DNA from: Piromyces finnis finn
Taxonomy: Eukaryota; Fungi; Neocallimastigomycota
Assembly (NCBI GenBank): GCA_002104945.1
Contig: MCFH01000016.1
Span: forward strand, 812,199-876,198
Direction of reading: 5' to 3'
Length of the DNA stretch: 64,000 nucleotides
Positions 25,201 to 37,390 of this stretch are shown piece by piece; position 1 is the first letter of the stretch, and each line of letters opens with the position of its first letter. The notes under the pieces are model-generated. The model ran no database searches. It was given only the letters and a program-made list of their open reading frames with translations, and was not told the DNA's origin. The position numbers and the translations under genes are program-made.

Positions 25201-28139
25201 TTTTTCTTTAAAAAGAAAAAAAAATATTGTAGTTGTACCTATTTTGGTATAGTATAAAATAAAAAGGTAATATATATAAAATAAAATTTATATATATTTT
25301 TCTTATCTCAATAAATATTAAAAAAAAAAGAAATCTATGATTATATAATAAATTTAAATTATTTAATATATATTCATATATATGTATTAATAAACTAAAA
25401 TTGTTTTTTTATATAGTTTTTTTTTTATCAAATAACTAATATATTTAAATATATATTGTTAATTCTATTTTAATTGAACGTTTTTTTTAAGGTAACTCAA
25501 AAAAAAAAAATCGTTTATATTTATCGTTTAGTGTTCGAAACTACTAAGTAATAAATCAAATGATTATTATTTTTTATTTATAATAAAAAATGCTGATAGT
25601 AAAAAAAAAAAAAAAATTAAAGACATTTGATTTAGTTTTTATATGATTTCCCCTGATTATATTTACAACTGAATATGAAATAAATATAAACTATATAATA
25701 AATAAAGATTTCTATATATTAAATAAATATGGAAAAATATATAAAATTTTAAATCAAATAATATATTAATATTTTTACTAAGAAAAATTGAAATACTAAA
25801 TATATTTAAATAAAAAAAATCATTACATATAAAAAATATATCATTCTTCTATATTATTTAATTAATATTATTAATTTATATTAACAATATAAATATATAT
25901 TTGAATTTATTCTTTATTCAATATATTATATTTATAATAACAGTATACTGTAAATATATGATTCAAAAGAATTTTATTCTCATTATTATATATTATAGTA
26001 TATTAGAGTATATTATTTTTGATATATTTAATGCCAAAAAAATTATTATAAATTAAAATAATAATTATTATTAATAATTAATAATCTATAAAATATAAAT
26101 TTATATATTATATAATCGACTGTAGGTTATTTTTTTATATTGAAAAATTTGATTATATATTAAAATTTTAAAAAAAAGCGAATATATAATATAAAAATTG
26201 GAATTCATTACTAATATATATAATGAATCGATCCATTGAAAAAATATATATTATTAATATAATAAAAATAAATTGGATTTATTCCAATATATTGAAATAT
26301 ACTACAATATATGAAGTATATTACACTAGTAATATTCTTTTTTTTTAAAGTTTTTGAAATATTGTAATATTTTAAAATAATTTCTGCCAATATATTATTT
26401 TATTTTTTATATTATTAATAATATATAATAATATAAAAGCCTTTCTAATCTTATCAACCAATAATATATTGATAACTATAATAAATGATTGACATAAAAG
26501 GAAAGGAAATAATTACTATAGCATGAAAAAAACCAGATTTAAATAATTAATCCATTCTTTTTATTATGACTGTAAAAAGGTATTTTTTCCATATATTATG
26601 AATAGGATTTCTATTTCTATTAATCATATAAACCTTATATATTAAAATAGTTAGTGGTGATCTCTTAAATAAAAAAGTCAATCATTAATAATGATTTAAA
26701 GTAAAGGTTATCATTCTAACTCAGAAATACACAACTCAATGCATGAGCAATGCCTCGTATACAACATTCTTAAATATACATTAAATAAAAAATAGAAATA
26801 TATAGTTCATAGAATTAACCAATAAATAAAAAGGGTTGATCTAACATACATGTATCCAATAATACTTATTTAAAATATGTGATAAAGTAAAAAAGTCACT
26901 CTTTACATAGATTTATGTAAAGCAGAAAAAATAGATTATAAAGACATCATTTTTAATTATTATTCAATTTCAATTGACTCCACTTTTTTTAAAAAAATAT
27001 AATTGAACAATATATTAATATATATTTTAATATATAATGTTTATCTTTATAAATGTTAAATATGTCATAAATAAAAAACTAATTGTCTAATTATTAATAC
27101 AAAAAAAATTTGGCTAAAAAGGTTTGGTGTATGATTTTCCCAAAATAAAATTAGGTGACATTTTTATTTGACACTATTATAATGGGATTAATCTGAAAAG
27201 AAAGTTGTACTCATAAAAGTGATTGACTCTATATAGATCGAAAATATCTATTAATTCAATGTAAGTATATTAATTCTATGAAGAATAAATTGCAGCTATT
27301 AATTATTTTTTTTACAATTATCAAATAGTGAACCTTGGTTAAAATCCACCTCTTAGCCAGTAACAATGCAAAAAAAATGTAAAAATAAATAGAATGATTT
27401 TATTGGTTAGTAGTTTAATAATAAAAGTTAACACGTGAAAGTCAACAAAAATTAAATTTAAACCATTTTTAATTTACTTTATTATTAAATAATGTATACA
27501 TTAATGTAAGAAATTAAATTGATTTGTATAAAGATAGTATTTAATAAAATTTTTTAAAGTACCAAAATTTTAACAAGAAAAAAAGGATTTATTAAACTTA
27601 AAAAACTTAAAATTTTTATTAATTAATTATTTCCATTATATATTTTAAAACTTTTAATTTAATTATTATTATAAATAAAATTTAAAATTGACAAGACTGT
27701 TATTTACTATTTATCAAAAATAATAATAGTATTATTTTTCTACTCTAATAATATTATTCATTATTATTTTAATAAAAAAAAAAAAAAACTAAATAATTGA
27801 TATTTTAAAGTTTTCTACAATATTTAATTTCAATATTTATCAAAAAAAAAATTTGGCATTTATCCATTTATCCTTTAAATATATATAGATTATTAACCTT
27901 AAATGTTAATAAGACCGACTTTTTTTTTAAAAAAAAAAAAAACTATATTCCTAATAACTTTTAATATTGAATGCCAATGATTTATCTAAAAATAAACCTA
28001 TTAATTTATTATAACTGAATAATCTGAATAATCTACCTCCTCCTAATAAGGTTTATTTATATCACTATTTAATAAAACAAAAAAAAAATACAGAAGTTAA
28101 AATAGGAAATGAGTTTATATCAAAACTGAATTTTTTTGG

Positions 28140-28655
28140 AAATATAAGCTTTTATAATTATAGAATATGATATTTTAAATGTATATATATAACTTTTTTC
28201 AATTTCTCTATATTTTATTAATATTAAAAAAAATAGTAATATTAATAATGAAATATAATAAATGAAATTTATTCCTATGTTATTAATTTAAAAAAAAAAA
28301 AGTTTTTTTTTTTTTTTGTAATAATAGAATAGGTATTATGAAATGAAATATTGACTTTTTTAATTTTTCTTTTAAAAAATATTAGAGAACATTGGCATCC
28401 TCTATATAATTATTATATATTAATATTAAAAATATAGTTATACCATTATAACAAATGAAATTTATTCCTATACTATTTAATTAAGAAAAAATATAAGCTT
28501 TTTTTGTTATAATATAATAGAAAAAGGTTTTATTAAATGAAATATTAACTTTTTTCAATTTCTTTTTCTTTTAACCTTTTTTGTTTTTTTTTCTTTTACG
28601 AATTTTCTTTTGTTTATTTTCTTAACATTGGCATCCTCTAAATAATTATTATTCT
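28140..28655. repeat. Degenerate tandem duplication (~200-235-bp period, 2-3 partial copies)
   Basis: Recurring blocks: ACATTGGCATCCTCTA(T/A)ATAATTATTAT (~28390, ~28625), AAATGAAATTT(T)ATTCCTAT (~28260, ~28453), ATATAAGCTTTT (~28143, ~28491), AACTTTTTTCAATTTCT (~28191, ~28547). Confidence 0.6.
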
Positions 28656-30538
28656 TATACAATACATTAAACCATATTTCCATAATACAAAAGTATTATT
28701 ATAAAACTTTTTTTTAAAAAAAAAAAAACCATTAATTATCTATTTAAATATATAAATACTACTAAAAAAAAAAAAAGGACTAAAAATACTCTGAGAACAT
28801 TTATATTAACTAATATTACAAGTATAAATTATTTAATAACAATGTAATAATTATTTAATGAAATATTTAATAAAATTAAATAATACTTGTTTAGTATAAA
28901 ACTGTATATTATGGTTTATTTCAAAATTCTTAACCATTTGTAATTTGTAATCTATAATGCAAAAATAAAAATTTATAATAATATAAAAATAAAGATGATA
29001 ATTATACAATTAAATCCATCCGATTCTATTATTATACTATTTTAAATTTAAACTTTTTTTTTCTATTTATTTATTTATTTATTTATTTATTTATTGTTAG
29101 ATTTTTCTTAATCTTTTTTTAGTATATACATTAAAATAAAATATAAATTATAAATAGCAATAATGATATATCCCCGTTAAAAAAAAAACTTCAATTTTCA
29201 TTAATGAATATATAAAAAATAGAAGCATTCCTTATCCGTCATTATATATTTAAAACTTACAAATAATTTTTATTAATTTTTTATATAGTATAGATAAACT
29301 AAAATATCAAAGTGTAAGTCAGCTAAATTTATAAAGTTAAAGATAGTATAATACAAAAGAAAATAAAATATTCATATATTGTGGTATGATATAAATTCAA
29401 AGAAAACCTCTATTAATAAAAAAAAAAAAAAAAAAGATAATTTTAATTCTGTATCGTTTTGTACATTAATAATCGTATAAAATAGTTTAATGCAATTCTA
29501 TATCAAAATGTATCTTTTCTATATAATATTAAAAAAAGTATTTTATAATAAATGTTGTTGCATTATTAATTTTTATAAAATACCTTTTTTAGAAATTTTT
29601 CATAGAAAGTAATATGACTTTATCTAGATGTTGTTGTCATATATATCATTGTCATTTATTAAAAATAATAATATATAACTATACATAATTATAGTATATT
29701 TAAAAAAAAAAAAAAAGACTTTTTATATTTAAATTTTTAAAAAAAATTTTTACCATATGACTTTACAATATCATTTCTACATAATGTATTAAAGAAAAAG
29801 ACAATATGGTGAAAGTAAAATATTTATTTTTATAGAATATTAATAAATCAATATCAGTATATCAATATGCATATATATATATGAAATTTATATTTTTATA
29901 TACTGTAAAATTAGTAGTTAATTAATAACATTAAAAATAATATATATATTTAAACACCTTATCAAAAGTGATTCTTTGAATAGCTCTTTAATAATTTACT
30001 AATTTATTTTATATACATCGAATGGATTTGTTTTAAAAATTATTTATTACATTAACTATTACTATTTATAAAGTATATTTTAAATGAACTATACACCTTT
30101 CTATATTAAAATTTTTTGGTCTTCCAATAAATATATTAATCTTTTTTTTTTTAATTATAATTAAAACTATCTGTTTTTACTATAACTGATAGAGAATTAA
30201 TATATAATTAATATTAAAAATAAAAAAAAATAAAAAATAAAAAAAAAAAAAGGTTTCAGCTAATATTACAAAATATAAAATATATGAATATTAAAAAAAT
30301 TCTAAAATTATGTTTAAATAATATAAAAATCAAGAATAAAAAAAAACATATAATATATTATTATGTTGATGTAATATTAATTTTAATGGTAAAACAAAAA
30401 ACTACATTTATATTATAATCGTTAAAATAATCGTAGGAAATCAAATAATTAGTTAATAAAAAGAATTGAATATATCTGGAAACATTCATATATAAACTTT
30501 TTTTTTTTTTCATCTCCATGGTTGTATTATTTTATCAT

Positions 30539-30573
<35 letters not shown>

Positions 30574-30890
30574 AATATTCTACTTTATACTTTTAATATA
30601 ATTCATTTAATATAAATAATGTTAAAACTTTTCTTAATTTATGAATTTAAAAGTTTTCAAATTAACATGTAAAATTTAATATAAATATTTAATCATTAAA
30701 TTTAAGTTTTCTTGGAATATATATATGCTTCTTTTTATTTATTTATTTATTTGTATGCTTGTTCATTAATTCATTGTGGAAACAAAACATCTTGTAATAA
30801 ATTATAATATTTAATTTGCTTTCAAGTCCTTTATGAAATATTCTTTGTTCTTCATTACATAAAATAAACTATATATATATATATAATGAT

Positions 30891-30896
30891 AAATTG

Positions 30897-30903
<7 letters not shown>
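30891..30903 (+). repeat. Left target-site duplication of LINE copy 1 (AAATTGAGCTTTT)
   Basis: The same 13-mer recurs at 36462-36474, immediately beyond the element 5' end. Confidence 0.9.
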
Positions 30904-30934
<31 letters not shown>

Positions 30935-31171
30935 GGCATCAAATATTTTAAACTTTATTATTAATTTAATTAAAATTATAATACATGTAATATAAAAATT
31001 AAAATAAAATAAAAATAAAAAAAAAATATGTTTAAATAAACACAAATGAATAAAAATTGGGTATAATGTATTCTAGTAATTTTAATTAAAGTAAGAAAGC
31101 CACTATCATACTAAAGTATAATAATTGTATTTGACTTCCAATGGGACACCGAGCCAAAGATCAAAATTTTG

Positions 31172-34100
31172 TCATGGAACAAAATTATGATCTCCATTGG
31201 TTGCGCTGGCCCTCCTGGCCTGTCTTACTGTTTCTTCAGCATTGACGCTCTTGGATGTTGCTTCAAACCTTTTGAACATTGTCCATTGCTGGCCAATAGC
31301 AAAAGGCATGATTTTGGTTAGAAGTTCCGCGGTTACCGTCAAGAATGGTGTTCCTTCATTAGTACCAGATTGAATCTGACGCTTACAAAGTTCTTTCCAT
31401 TCCCTTGAATTGTAATTAATATTGTTAAAACTTCTTCCCCCAAGAAGGAATTTAAATATTTTACTGCACACACTAGAATAATCATACACATTAATATTCA
31501 CCGGATTATTAGAACTATTACTATCATTAACTAAATTACTATCTAAATTAGAATTATTATCTTCACTATTGCTATCATTACTAATATTATTATTTCTATT
31601 ATTGTTATTATTACTATTGTTACTATTACTATTGTTACTATTACTATTGTTATTACTACTATTGTTACTATTACTATTAATGTTATTGCTATCTCTACTG
31701 ATATTATCAATTTCATTATCATTGATAGGACTATTGGAATTACGTTGACTGAAAAAATTTAATAGCTGGACTATGGAATCATAATGTTTAATACGGATAT
31801 CTCTAAATGTTGGACAATCTAATAACCAATGTTTAATACTTTGAACACCACACTTGCAACATGGACAGTAGTTAGGACAAACTGGATCAACAAATTTAGC
31901 AGCTTTGGCAACTCTAGCATCCAACTTGTATCCGCTTCTTGCTTTCAATAGCCAGTAGAAGCCATAGGCAAACTCTGGGTACTCATAACATAATTTAATA
32001 AAATCTTTAGTTTCAATAAATTTATTATCATCATAATATTGCGCTTTGATTGAATTCCCTTTGAGATCTTTCCAATAAAAGTTTTTAATTGCTTTAATAT
32101 CTCCATGCTTCTTTAGTTTTTTATCAAGTGTCCTACTTGATTTGCACCACGTGTATTTTCTAAATTTAGGAATGTAATTGACAAGGTGTGAGATAATACA
32201 ATTTGAGTTTTTCCATTTGTTAAAACATCTAACCTGAGCTAACGCACATTTGGCTGACAATGGAGGAATATTCAAATCTTTTGAAATAGAGTATAAAGAT
32301 ATAAACGATACAGCTTTATGAACTCCGGCAATCCATCGTATTCCTTTGTTAACATGCTTCTGAGCAATTCTAGACCTGGCTTTGTTGGATCCAAGTAATG
32401 GTGCAAAGTATGAAACTCTGCTAATCACTTGTGAGTTAAGTACTAGCTTTTTGAAGGGAATAGGAATATTAGGATTTCTTAAGAATTTACTGACTGAAAA
32501 AAGTCCTTTCAAAACCTTGTTATTAAGAGCTTTAATTACTGGTTTAAGGGACAAATTCTTATCAAATGGAACACCAAGATAAGTATAGCAATCAGTAGTT
32601 GGAATGGGTTGTCCTGCTAAGTAAAATGTTGGATCTCTCTTGTTCTGATTTTCTATTGATTCAGGACGAATCACCATCGTTGAACATTTCTGGATACCAA
32701 ATTCCATTTCATTATACAAGGCCCATTCATTAACTCTTCTAAGCATCTTTTTTAAGTATCCTCTTGTTGGAGCACAAATAACTATGTCATCTGCAAAAAG
32801 TCCACCACAGCATCGAGTGTCACCTAAACTGACTCCTAAATCTTCACACTCTTTAAATATATCATTAATAAAGAGATTAAAGAGAATAGGAGAAAGAGGG
32901 CAACCTTGACGGACACCTTTCTTCACATCAAAAGATTTCGAGAATTTTCCATCTAATTTGACATTAGCCTTAGATGTTAAATATAAATTTTTGATAAATT
33001 GTAAACTCTTACCTCGGATTCCTAAACAATCTAATTTATGGAGAATATTACCGATTGGGACTGAATCGTATGCTTTCCTGAGATCTAAAAAGGCCAAATA
33101 TGTCTCTTTATTATCTAATTGACGTCTACGGCATATTTCTTGGATTGAAATGAAAAGACTGATATTTTCTTCCTTTTTTCGAAAACCAAATTGTTCAGGT
33201 CTAATGAAATTATTCTTTAGACCATATTCTGAAATTCTAGTGGTGACAATTTTGGAAATCAACTTAATACCATTATTGATAAGTGATATACCTCGATAGT
33301 TATCACAATCTGTCAAATCTCCCTTCTTAGGAATAGAAACAATACTGGATTCATTCCATGAGCTGGGGAAATCTCCATCCCAAATACGGTTGAATAATTT
33401 AAGAATAAAATTTAACCCATGAGCATCATTATCTGAAGTAGTATTACCAGAAGAATTATTACCTGTAGCATTATTAGAATCATTACTTGATGGAATTAAT
33501 GCTTTGTAAAATTCAATTGGAATACCATCCGGACCTGATGCTTTATAATTTGGAGTAGAGAGGATAGCTGACTTGACTTCATCAATACTAATATCTTGGT
33601 TGATATCCCATTCATCAAGCATAGGAAGTGAAAAACGTTTGTTCATTGGTTCTTCATACCAATGCTCTAAATCAAGACTTACACCACTTGGATCTGATGC
33701 AAGCTTTTCGAAATGATCATGCCACACATCTAGTTGTTCTTCCGTAGCAACAACTAATTCTCCATTTTTATTTTTAATTGGTTGAGCAATAAAGAAAGAA
33801 TCTTTTCCAATTTTTGCAGTTTTCTTGATCCATTTCCAGGCCTTCTTAGGATTATGACTCTTCATATACTCACATCCTGTTTTAATCCAATGAAGATATT
33901 CTTGTTTCCTAAATTCATTACATCTTTTGTGGATGTAATCAATGAGCTTACGGTAGATTTTAATTCTTTTAATAAATTCATCTATATCATAAATTCTTTC
34001 TTTTTTAAATCTCTTATACAACTTCATTTTGATTTTTTGAAGATTAAAAATTTGTTGTGAAATATGAAATGAAGACTTTATAACATTATTTGCTGAAGTA

Positions 34101-35695
34101 ATACTGAGCTCGTCTGCAATTGAAAAAGCAGTTGAAGTAAACTCTTTGGAAAGTTCATCTGTAGAAACATTAGGATCGTTGAATTTTGCTGAAAGTATTT
34201 GGAATTTATTATGACTGAGAATAGATTCCTTTTCCTCAATACATTTTAATCTATTCCATTTCAGAATTTTCTTAGGAACATTAAAGTCATTAGAAAAATC
34301 TTCCATAGGAATAATTTTACCATTAATAAGAAGTGGCTTATGGTCTGATACTGGATAAAAATTATTTATAAATGATCCTGAGTGAATAAGATCTTTCATC
34401 TTCGAATTGATAAGAGCATGGTCAATGTCGGAAGATTGTTCACCTCGAGTCCAAGAGATAGTAGACCCTCTAAGCGGAAGAATTTCCCAATCTCCTAATC
34501 CATTAATTGATAACCAGTTGGATAACTTAACTTTAGACATATTAAAATCACCAACAAGAATCGATGGATGGGATGAATGAGTTTGTAACCACAAGCGAAC
34601 TTCTAACTTTGCATGATCAACATAGATGTTGTGATGACTATGAGGCATATAAACATTTCCAATCGAGCATTTGAATCTATTCCAAAGACTAAAAGTATAA
34701 ATAGAAATAATATACTTTCCAGAGAAGTTTTCAAGTGAGGCTTGACACGAATTGTGAAAACCTAAATATAAACCTCTCATTCCCGGAAATGATTCATCAG
34801 CTTTCTTGAAAAAGTGTCTATAGTTTCGCAAAGTAACACGACAAGGATAATCTGTATTCGATCCAGAACCATTACCAGTTTCTTGGAAACATAAAAATAA
34901 TGGTTTGAAAATAGCTGTGAAATAGCTAATACTATCTCTCTTTTCGTGATTCCACCCATTGGTGTTCCAACTAAGACAAAAAGAAAAGTTATCAGGCTTG
35001 TTGGATGAGGAAGAATCGTTGCTATTATTATTATTATTAAAGTCATCGTTATTAATGGACGATGCATCAGAGGAATAAGTAGAACTATTACTAGATGGCT
35101 GTGAAACTGAAGAACTATCAACTATTGAACTGTTATCAGAGTTGATAGAACTATTAGAATTAATTGTTGAATGTTGAGATTGAAATTGTGTTTGCTGTAG
35201 ATCTGGAATATTTTCATGATGGGAAACTTGTTGAAGATCTTGTTGAAGATCTTGTTGAAGATCGGATTGTTGATGAGATTGTTGAACTGATTGTTGAAAT
35301 GATTGTTGAATAGAATGTTGATGTTTACTAGAAACTAAAATTTTACGTTTGAGTGTGGAAAAAGTGTATTTGTGATTCCTTCTACTACGAGCTGAAAAGG
35401 AAATTGAGGTAACTGAAAGTTTCTTCTTTAATATGTGTAAGATTTTAATACAATCTTTCGATGAACCATGAACCTTGACTAAGAAAAAGTGATCATTGAA
35501 AGTCTGAAAATATTTAACACTAATAACTGAATTAAATTTATCTTCTAGAATAACCTCGAGTTTTTCCCATAGCATATTTACTGACCATGATCGAATACCA
35601 CGGATAAAGAAGGAGCGAATATCATCTAAGGGGATACCATAAGACCGTGTACCACGTCTGATATAATTCTTATCTTTAATATAAAGGACTGACAT
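31172..35695 (-). CDS. LINE polyprotein: RRM-like N-terminus, Gln/Ser linker, APE endonuclease, reverse transcriptase, C-terminal Cys/His zinc finger
   Basis: APE: LSWNTNG, LCFQET, LVGDFN, SDIDH, SDHKPL. RT: KASGPDGIP, YRGISL, QFGFR, FLDLRKAYDSV, GVRQGCPLSPILFNLFI, LFADD, YLGV. ZnF: CPCCKCGVQSIKHWLLDC. Confidence 0.96.
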   Translation of the reverse strand: MSVLYIKDKNYIRRGTRSYGIPLDDIRSFFIRGIRSWSVNMLWEKLEVILEDKFNSVISVKYFQTFNDHFFLVKVHGSSKDCIKILHILKKKLSVTSISFSARSRRNHKYTFSTLKRKILVSSKHQHSIQQSFQQSVQQSHQQSDLQQDLQQDLQQVSHHENIPDLQQTQFQSQHSTINSNSSINSDNSSIVDSSSVSQPSSNSSTYSSDASSINNDDFNNNNNSNDSSSSNKPDNFSFCLSWNTNGWNHEKRDSISYFTAIFKPLFLCFQETGNGSGSNTDYPCRVTLRNYRHFFKKADESFPGMRGLYLGFHNSCQASLENFSGKYIISIYTFSLWNRFKCSIGNVYMPHSHHNIYVDHAKLEVRLWLQTHSSHPSILVGDFNMSKVKLSNWLSINGLGDWEILPLRGSTISWTRGEQSSDIDHALINSKMKDLIHSGSFINNFYPVSDHKPLLINGKIIPMEDFSNDFNVPKKILKWNRLKCIEEKESILSHNKFQILSAKFNDPNVSTDELSKEFTSTAFSIADELSITSANNVIKSSFHISQQIFNLQKIKMKLYKRFKKERIYDIDEFIKRIKIYRKLIDYIHKRCNEFRKQEYLHWIKTGCEYMKSHNPKKAWKWIKKTAKIGKDSFFIAQPIKNKNGELVVATEEQLDVWHDHFEKLASDPSGVSLDLEHWYEEPMNKRFSLPMLDEWDINQDISIDEVKSAILSTPNYKASGPDGIPIEFYKALIPSSNDSNNATGNNSSGNTTSDNDAHGLNFILKLFNRIWDGDFPSSWNESSIVSIPKKGDLTDCDNYRGISLINNGIKLISKIVTTRISEYGLKNNFIRPEQFGFRKKEENISLFISIQEICRRRQLDNKETYLAFLDLRKAYDSVPIGNILHKLDCLGIRGKSLQFIKNLYLTSKANVKLDGKFSKSFDVKKGVRQGCPLSPILFNLFINDIFKECEDLGVSLGDTRCCGGLFADDIVICAPTRGYLKKMLRRVNEWALYNEMEFGIQKCSTMVIRPESIENQNKRDPTFYLAGQPIPTTDCYTYLGVPFDKNLSLKPVIKALNNKVLKGLFSVSKFLRNPNIPIPFKKLVLNSQVISRVSYFAPLLGSNKARSRIAQKHVNKGIRWIAGVHKAVSFISLYSISKDLNIPPLSAKCALAQVRCFNKWKNSNCIISHLVNYIPKFRKYTWCKSSRTLDKKLKKHGDIKAIKNFYWKDLKGNSIKAQYYDDNKFIETKDFIKLCYEYPEFAYGFYWLLKARSGYKLDARVAKAAKFVDPVCPNYCPCCKCGVQSIKHWLLDCPTFRDIRIKHYDSIVQLLNFFSQRNSNSPINDNEIDNISRDSNNINSNSNNSSNNNSNSNNSNSNNSNNNNNRNNNISNDSNSEDNNSNLDSNLVNDSNSSNNPVNINVYDYSSVCSKIFKFLLGGRSFNNINYNSREWKELCKRQIQSGTNEGTPFLTVTAELLTKIMPFAIGQQWTMFKRFEATSKSVNAEETVRQARRASATNGDHNFVP

Positions 35696-35885
35696 GATAA
35701 TAAATTCTAATTAAAAAATATTGAATATAAAATAAATACTAATAAAAAATATAAATATAACGTATATGGAAAAAAATCTGTCTCTCTCTCTCTTCTTAAA
35801 AGTACTAGATAGTACAAAAATTGTTACGATGCTTTGTTTAAAGTTTCTTTTTTTGAATTCTAGTTGTTAATTTTTTTTAAAAATT

Positions 35886-36226
35886 CTAGTTTTGGTTTGT
35901 TGTTAGTAAATTCAATTCGCTTTTTGACACTAAACTTGTTTGACTTTACTTTTCATTAAATATTTAAATTGGTAAAAAAATTTGAATCAAGAATGTCAAC
36001 ACCAGAAAGCTTGTGAATAGTATTTTTACATGATGTAGAGTGAATCAGTCTCTTACAAGAACAATACAACAATAGCTACATGAATATAAAAATACAATGC
36101 AAATGCTAAAGTTGACTACATTGGATTCTTACAAGAGAAGAGTAGTACTACATGAATACATGAATAAAAGAAAAAATACAGCAACAAAATGTATTACTCT
36201 TCTAATTAAATACTATACAAACTTAC
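35886..36226 (-). other. Consensus-perfect candidate spliceosomal intron (341 nt) in the 5' UTR of LINE copy 1
   Basis: CAG|GTAAGT donor at 36226; TACTAAC branch site; CTAG acceptor ending at 35886. Confidence 0.6.
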
Positions 36227-36461
36227 CTGAATATCAAACATTCAACTTATTCATCAAATACTTAAATTCGATGAATAAAATGTTTTTTAATCGCTCAGTA
36301 CCATGAGCTTAGTCCTAATAATTTTCCCTTAAAGACTAACCAAGCATCCATTGCGCAATGCTTGGATTTAATTCTTTCTACTCTCTCAGTACCATGAGCA
36401 TGAGTAGACCCCCTTGAGAAACTACATTTATTAAATAAATGAAGGCACGTTTCCAAGAGGG

Positions 36462-36474
36462 AAATTGAGCTTTT
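36462..36474 (+). repeat. Right target-site duplication of LINE copy 1 (AAATTGAGCTTTT, followed by A)
   Basis: Matches 30891-30903; the pre-insertion site reads 5'-TTTT/A-3'. Confidence 0.9.
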
Positions 36475-37390
36475 ATCTTTTTGAAATACTTTTTTTTTTT
36501 TCTTTTATCATTATTCTACTGAAAAGATGTTACTTTTATTACAATTTATTTAAAAACATCAATAAATTGACTAGACATTAAATAATATTATTAATAATAT
36601 TATCTGTGTTATGCCTTATTCACTGGTTCAAGGTGTCGAAATAAAATTAATAAATAATAAAATATACCCGAAATTATAGATAGAAACTTTGACTATTTAT
36701 GAATTCAACTTAGAATGTAAAATTCAAAATGCATAATATAAATATTATGAATTAACAATTATAACTTTACAAATATTCCATAAATTAATTATTATTTTCA
36801 TTTTCTCTTCTACCTATATAACTATTTAATTTCAAAGTTTTGAAATTTATAAACTAAATTAAAATAATAATAAAAGTCCAAAAAATTAAATATTATTTGA
36901 TAAAAAAAAAAAAGACTAATATTAATGGTTATAAAATTAGATATTCAAATTCAAAGCATTATTCATTAATAATAATAATTTTATTTTTAATATATTTATA
37001 AAAACCGAACATTTCTATTATTAAAGTATTGCTTTAAAAATAATACTATAGGAACTATATATAAATAATATTTTAAGAAATTCTAAGTTAGTATTAGTTT
37101 AATTATTATTATAAAAAAAAGGTCAAATTTATTCCTTTTAAATAATAATTAAATGAACTTTTTATATAATAACTAAAAAATTATTACTATCCAGAGTATT
37201 TACCATATTTTTTCAAATAATAATAATAAGAAGAAGAAAATAAATAAATAAAAAGATTTAGATTATAATTTAATAATTTGTCAATATTTATTTCTAAAAA
37301 TGAAATATTCACATTGATAAACATTATTATTTTAATATAAAATACCCAATTTATCATTTTCTAATAAACAACTTTTATTTCCAATAGTTA

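Larger units (their letters stand above)
30904..36461 (-). mobile_element. Full-length non-LTR retrotransposon (LINE, APE-RT type), ~5.56 kb, with poly(A) tail, ~240-nt 3' UTR, single ORF and ~765-nt 5' UTR
   Basis: Poly(T) run on + strand to 30931, 13-bp TSD, intact 1507-aa ORF, and a 5' end identical in position to copy 2. Confidence 0.96.

Noticed and set aside
26400-27420. Slightly GC-richer intergenic patches that might be transposon remnants
   Set aside because: No sustained ORF, terminal repeat or recognisable motif
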